The position numbers and the translations under genes were made by a program. The notes below the pieces were generated by a model. The model saw only the letters and a list, made by a program, of their open reading frames with translations, was not told the DNA's origin and searched no databases. Source: Monocercomonoides exilis PA203 (lineage: Eukaryota; Protista; Preaxostyla). Taken from it: DNA of 64,000 bases. The stretch is taken from contig LSRY02000007.1 of NCBI GenBank assembly GCA_001643675.2, positions 1,426,001 through 1,490,000 of the forward strand. Direction: 5' to 3'. Of the stretch, positions 61,378-64,000 are shown piece by piece (the stretch's first letter is position 1; the number at the start of each line of letters is the position of its first letter).

Positions 61378-63570
61378 ATGCTTGTTGGACCCCAAGCTCC
61401 TAAATTATCAAAAACATTGAGTATTATATTTTTCGTCCTCATTGGCATTGTTGGAGCCGTTGGACTGTTTTTATTTATTGCCCCTCTTGTGGTCATTATA
61501 TCTACTCATGATGGAAACTTCATGTTTATCCTTCTTTTGATAGTTGGTGTTGTGTTGTGTCTATTTTGTGCATTGGGTGTATTGTCCATTGTAACAGATT
61601 TTGATATATTTCCGAGAATTGTTTGCGTCATTCGCTTCTAACAGTTTAACTAAATTTGCGCTTTGATAGTTTTTCTTTGGTTCACTTATAGCTGCTCTTG
61701 TTCTTTTTATCCTATCCACAATCTTCATGTCTGACACTGGCCTTGTAAAATCTATTGTGGATGTTTGCATATGCCTGCAATTACCTTTGCTTTCTAATCA
61801 TTTGCATCACATTTTTAGGCTTCAAAAAGACAATTTGCTTGCCCCGATGCAAACCCAAAAATCTGTTCTTTCTTGGATGTATGTGGTAATTTTAAATTTG
61901 TAATTTGTTTTATTTTTCTGAATTAGCTCGTCGGAGATTTTCTCATAGGGGTTGGGATTGTTGGGTTCGTCTGCAGTTTTATATTCGTATGCTAATAATT
62001 TTAAACAAATTTTGAAACTTTCGTTTCATTTGCAAATTCGATTTTTTTAAAGTTAATAACAACAGCAATCGAATTTAAATTGCTTGGGATGAGGCGCGTT
62101 GCGACGTCTTCCGTTTTTGTTGGCTCATTTGTATTACTTGTTATTGGGGTTCTGATATTCATTTTGTCAATAGTTCTGATGGGTGCGAAGTTCAAAGCTG
62201 TCTCAGCGATTTTGGTGATTATCAGCATTGCTGGGGTTGCAGTGTTTGTTGTGGGGCTGTTCGGTTTATATGGTGTCTACAAAAAGACGATCAAGAAGAT
62301 CATGTTTTTGCTGGGGATTATTTGGTGTGCTGTTGGGGGTGTGATGCTGATAGTCGGGATCATCGGGTTTGTGATGACCGATACTGCCTCTCGCGTCGTG
62401 TCTGATGCCTCCATCAAGCAAATCTGTGGGATCAAAGTGACGCGCCCGGAGAACAAGAGTGCCGAGTTCAGCGAGATGGACCAGACGAAGGCCGATTTGT
62501 GCTGCCGATTTTTGTCGCTCAACATGACCGAGGATTTGCGGTGCCTGCCGAGCGAGACACCAGAAAGCGTGTACAACATGTTCAAGACGGTTGTGTCGGG
62601 GCTGGTGTTTCCAGTGTGCACGATCGCGTTCTACGTGTCGCTGTTCATCCTGTGGATGGGCTTCTGTGCGTTTGTGATGATGGCGAAAGGGAACGAGTGG
62701 CGGATCCAGGACATGCAGGAGGCGATGATGAAGAAGGGAGGGCTTTTGACAGACGAAGACCTGAAGAAGCTGGGCAAGTCGAGAAAGGAGATGCTGGCAT
62801 ACATGCCAACAAGAGGAGGGAAGAGCCTGTATTGCTTTGGTGTGTTGATGTTCAAGTATAGTTTTTTTAAGTTTTGGGAAAAAAATATTCATTTTTTTCA
62901 GTTTTCGTATGTTATTGTTAAAAATTTAATACATTCAATAACCAACTTTTTTTACTTTTAACAATTAATTCCTCATTACTTTAATTATTCTTTTATTTGG
63001 TATTTCATTCATTCATTCTTTCTTTTTATAAACAAATTATATCATTTCTCCACTTATAAACAGATCATCTTGCTCGTATTGATCCAAAAGCAGAGATTGC
63101 ACCGCGGCAAAAGTCACCCAGTGCTATTGAGAAGCCTCTTCCAGGACTGAAAAAGAAGCGAAAGAAGAACAAGGACGAAGACAACGATGATGATGACAAC
63201 GACAATGAAGAAGGAGAGGACAATGAAAATGACGAAGAGAAAGAGGAGGGTGATGATGATGATGATGAGGATGATGGAGATGAATCGAAAGAGAAGAAAG
63301 AGAAGAAAGGGAAAAAGGAAAAGAAGGAGAAAAAGGATGAAAAAGATGAGAGTAAAGAAGGCAAAGACAATGAAGCAAATGCAGAAAGTTCATCTTCCAG
63401 TGATCAATCTTCATCCTCTTCATCATCATCTTCTTCTTCTTCTTCTTCGGTTGATAATCCATTGGGAGAGAATGCAGAAGAGGAAGAGGACAAAGAACCC
63501 AATCCAGCTGCATTTGGAATAGCCGCAATGACATACTTTTAACATTACTGCTGAAAAAAGGAAAAAATGA
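61378..63570 (+). CDS. Multi-pass membrane protein with two tandem tetraspanin-like 4-TM units and a charged C-terminal tail; multi-exon
   Basis: ORFs 61378 and 62080 are linked through short GT-AG introns. Each unit has 3 TMs, a Cys-containing loop (second: LCC...C) and a fourth TM. Last exon 63065-63570 is D/E/K-rich. Confidence 0.7.
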
Positions 63571-64000
63571 AGAAAAGAAAAGAAAAGAAACCTTTTCTAC
63601 TCATTTCCTCTTCATCATCCTCTTCTTCTTCATTGACTTACTCATTTGCATTTTCTGTGAAGATTTTCTAAGAAATAAATTGTTCTTATAAACTTCTATC
63701 AACCTTTATTCTGTATTGAGAAACACTTCACTCTGCACTCTTCCTGTTTGCTGCTCTTTTTGAAAAAAACGAAAAAGTTATTTTGAAATTTATTTGTGCC
63801 TTTTTTGAATTGGTTGTAATTTGATCTGTTTCTATTTTGTTATAATTCCATCTTTGGTTTGAGCAATTTTTTTTTTTTAAATTCTGTTTTGCTTTGCTTT
63901 GCTTTATTTTTTGTTTATGTTTGTATTGATTTTTGAATTTCATTCACGTCAAAATGAATTCAGGGAGATATATTCACATTAACATTTCTCATTGAAGGAA

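Noticed and set aside
1-64000. Alternative genetic code (TAA/TAG = Gln), as in some oxymonads
   Set aside because: Long ORFs are open in the standard code, and conserved genes such as cathepsin B end at TAA.

Overview
AT-rich eukaryotic (protist) genomic DNA. It has short GT-AG introns, TAA/TGA used as stops, and many poly-Ser/poly-Glu tracts. Gene style and families most resemble an oxymonad such as Monocercomonoides (inference). There are about 14 protein genes: a Kelch/Cys-rich membrane protein, an S41-like peptidase, an N-lobe-less pseudokinase, a histidine acid phosphatase, a 2562-aa beta-helix receptor pseudokinase, an ARM/low-complexity repeat protein, a myristoylated multi-ubiquitin-like protein, a UBE2W-like E2, an OSBP-related protein, cathepsin B, an MFS/UNC-93-like transporter, a TBC RabGAP, HMG-CoA synthase and a tandem double tetraspanin-like protein. 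Two transposon nests lie at about 4.5-10.9 kb and 44.9-48.8 kb. The most notable item is a 3067-bp transposase-less element (7384-10450) with apparently identical 441-bp TIRs starting GGCAA and an 8-bp TSD. It carries decayed, intron-containing copies of a host gene family, part of which has been built into both TIRs, and it is inserted into the arm of an older foldback MITE.
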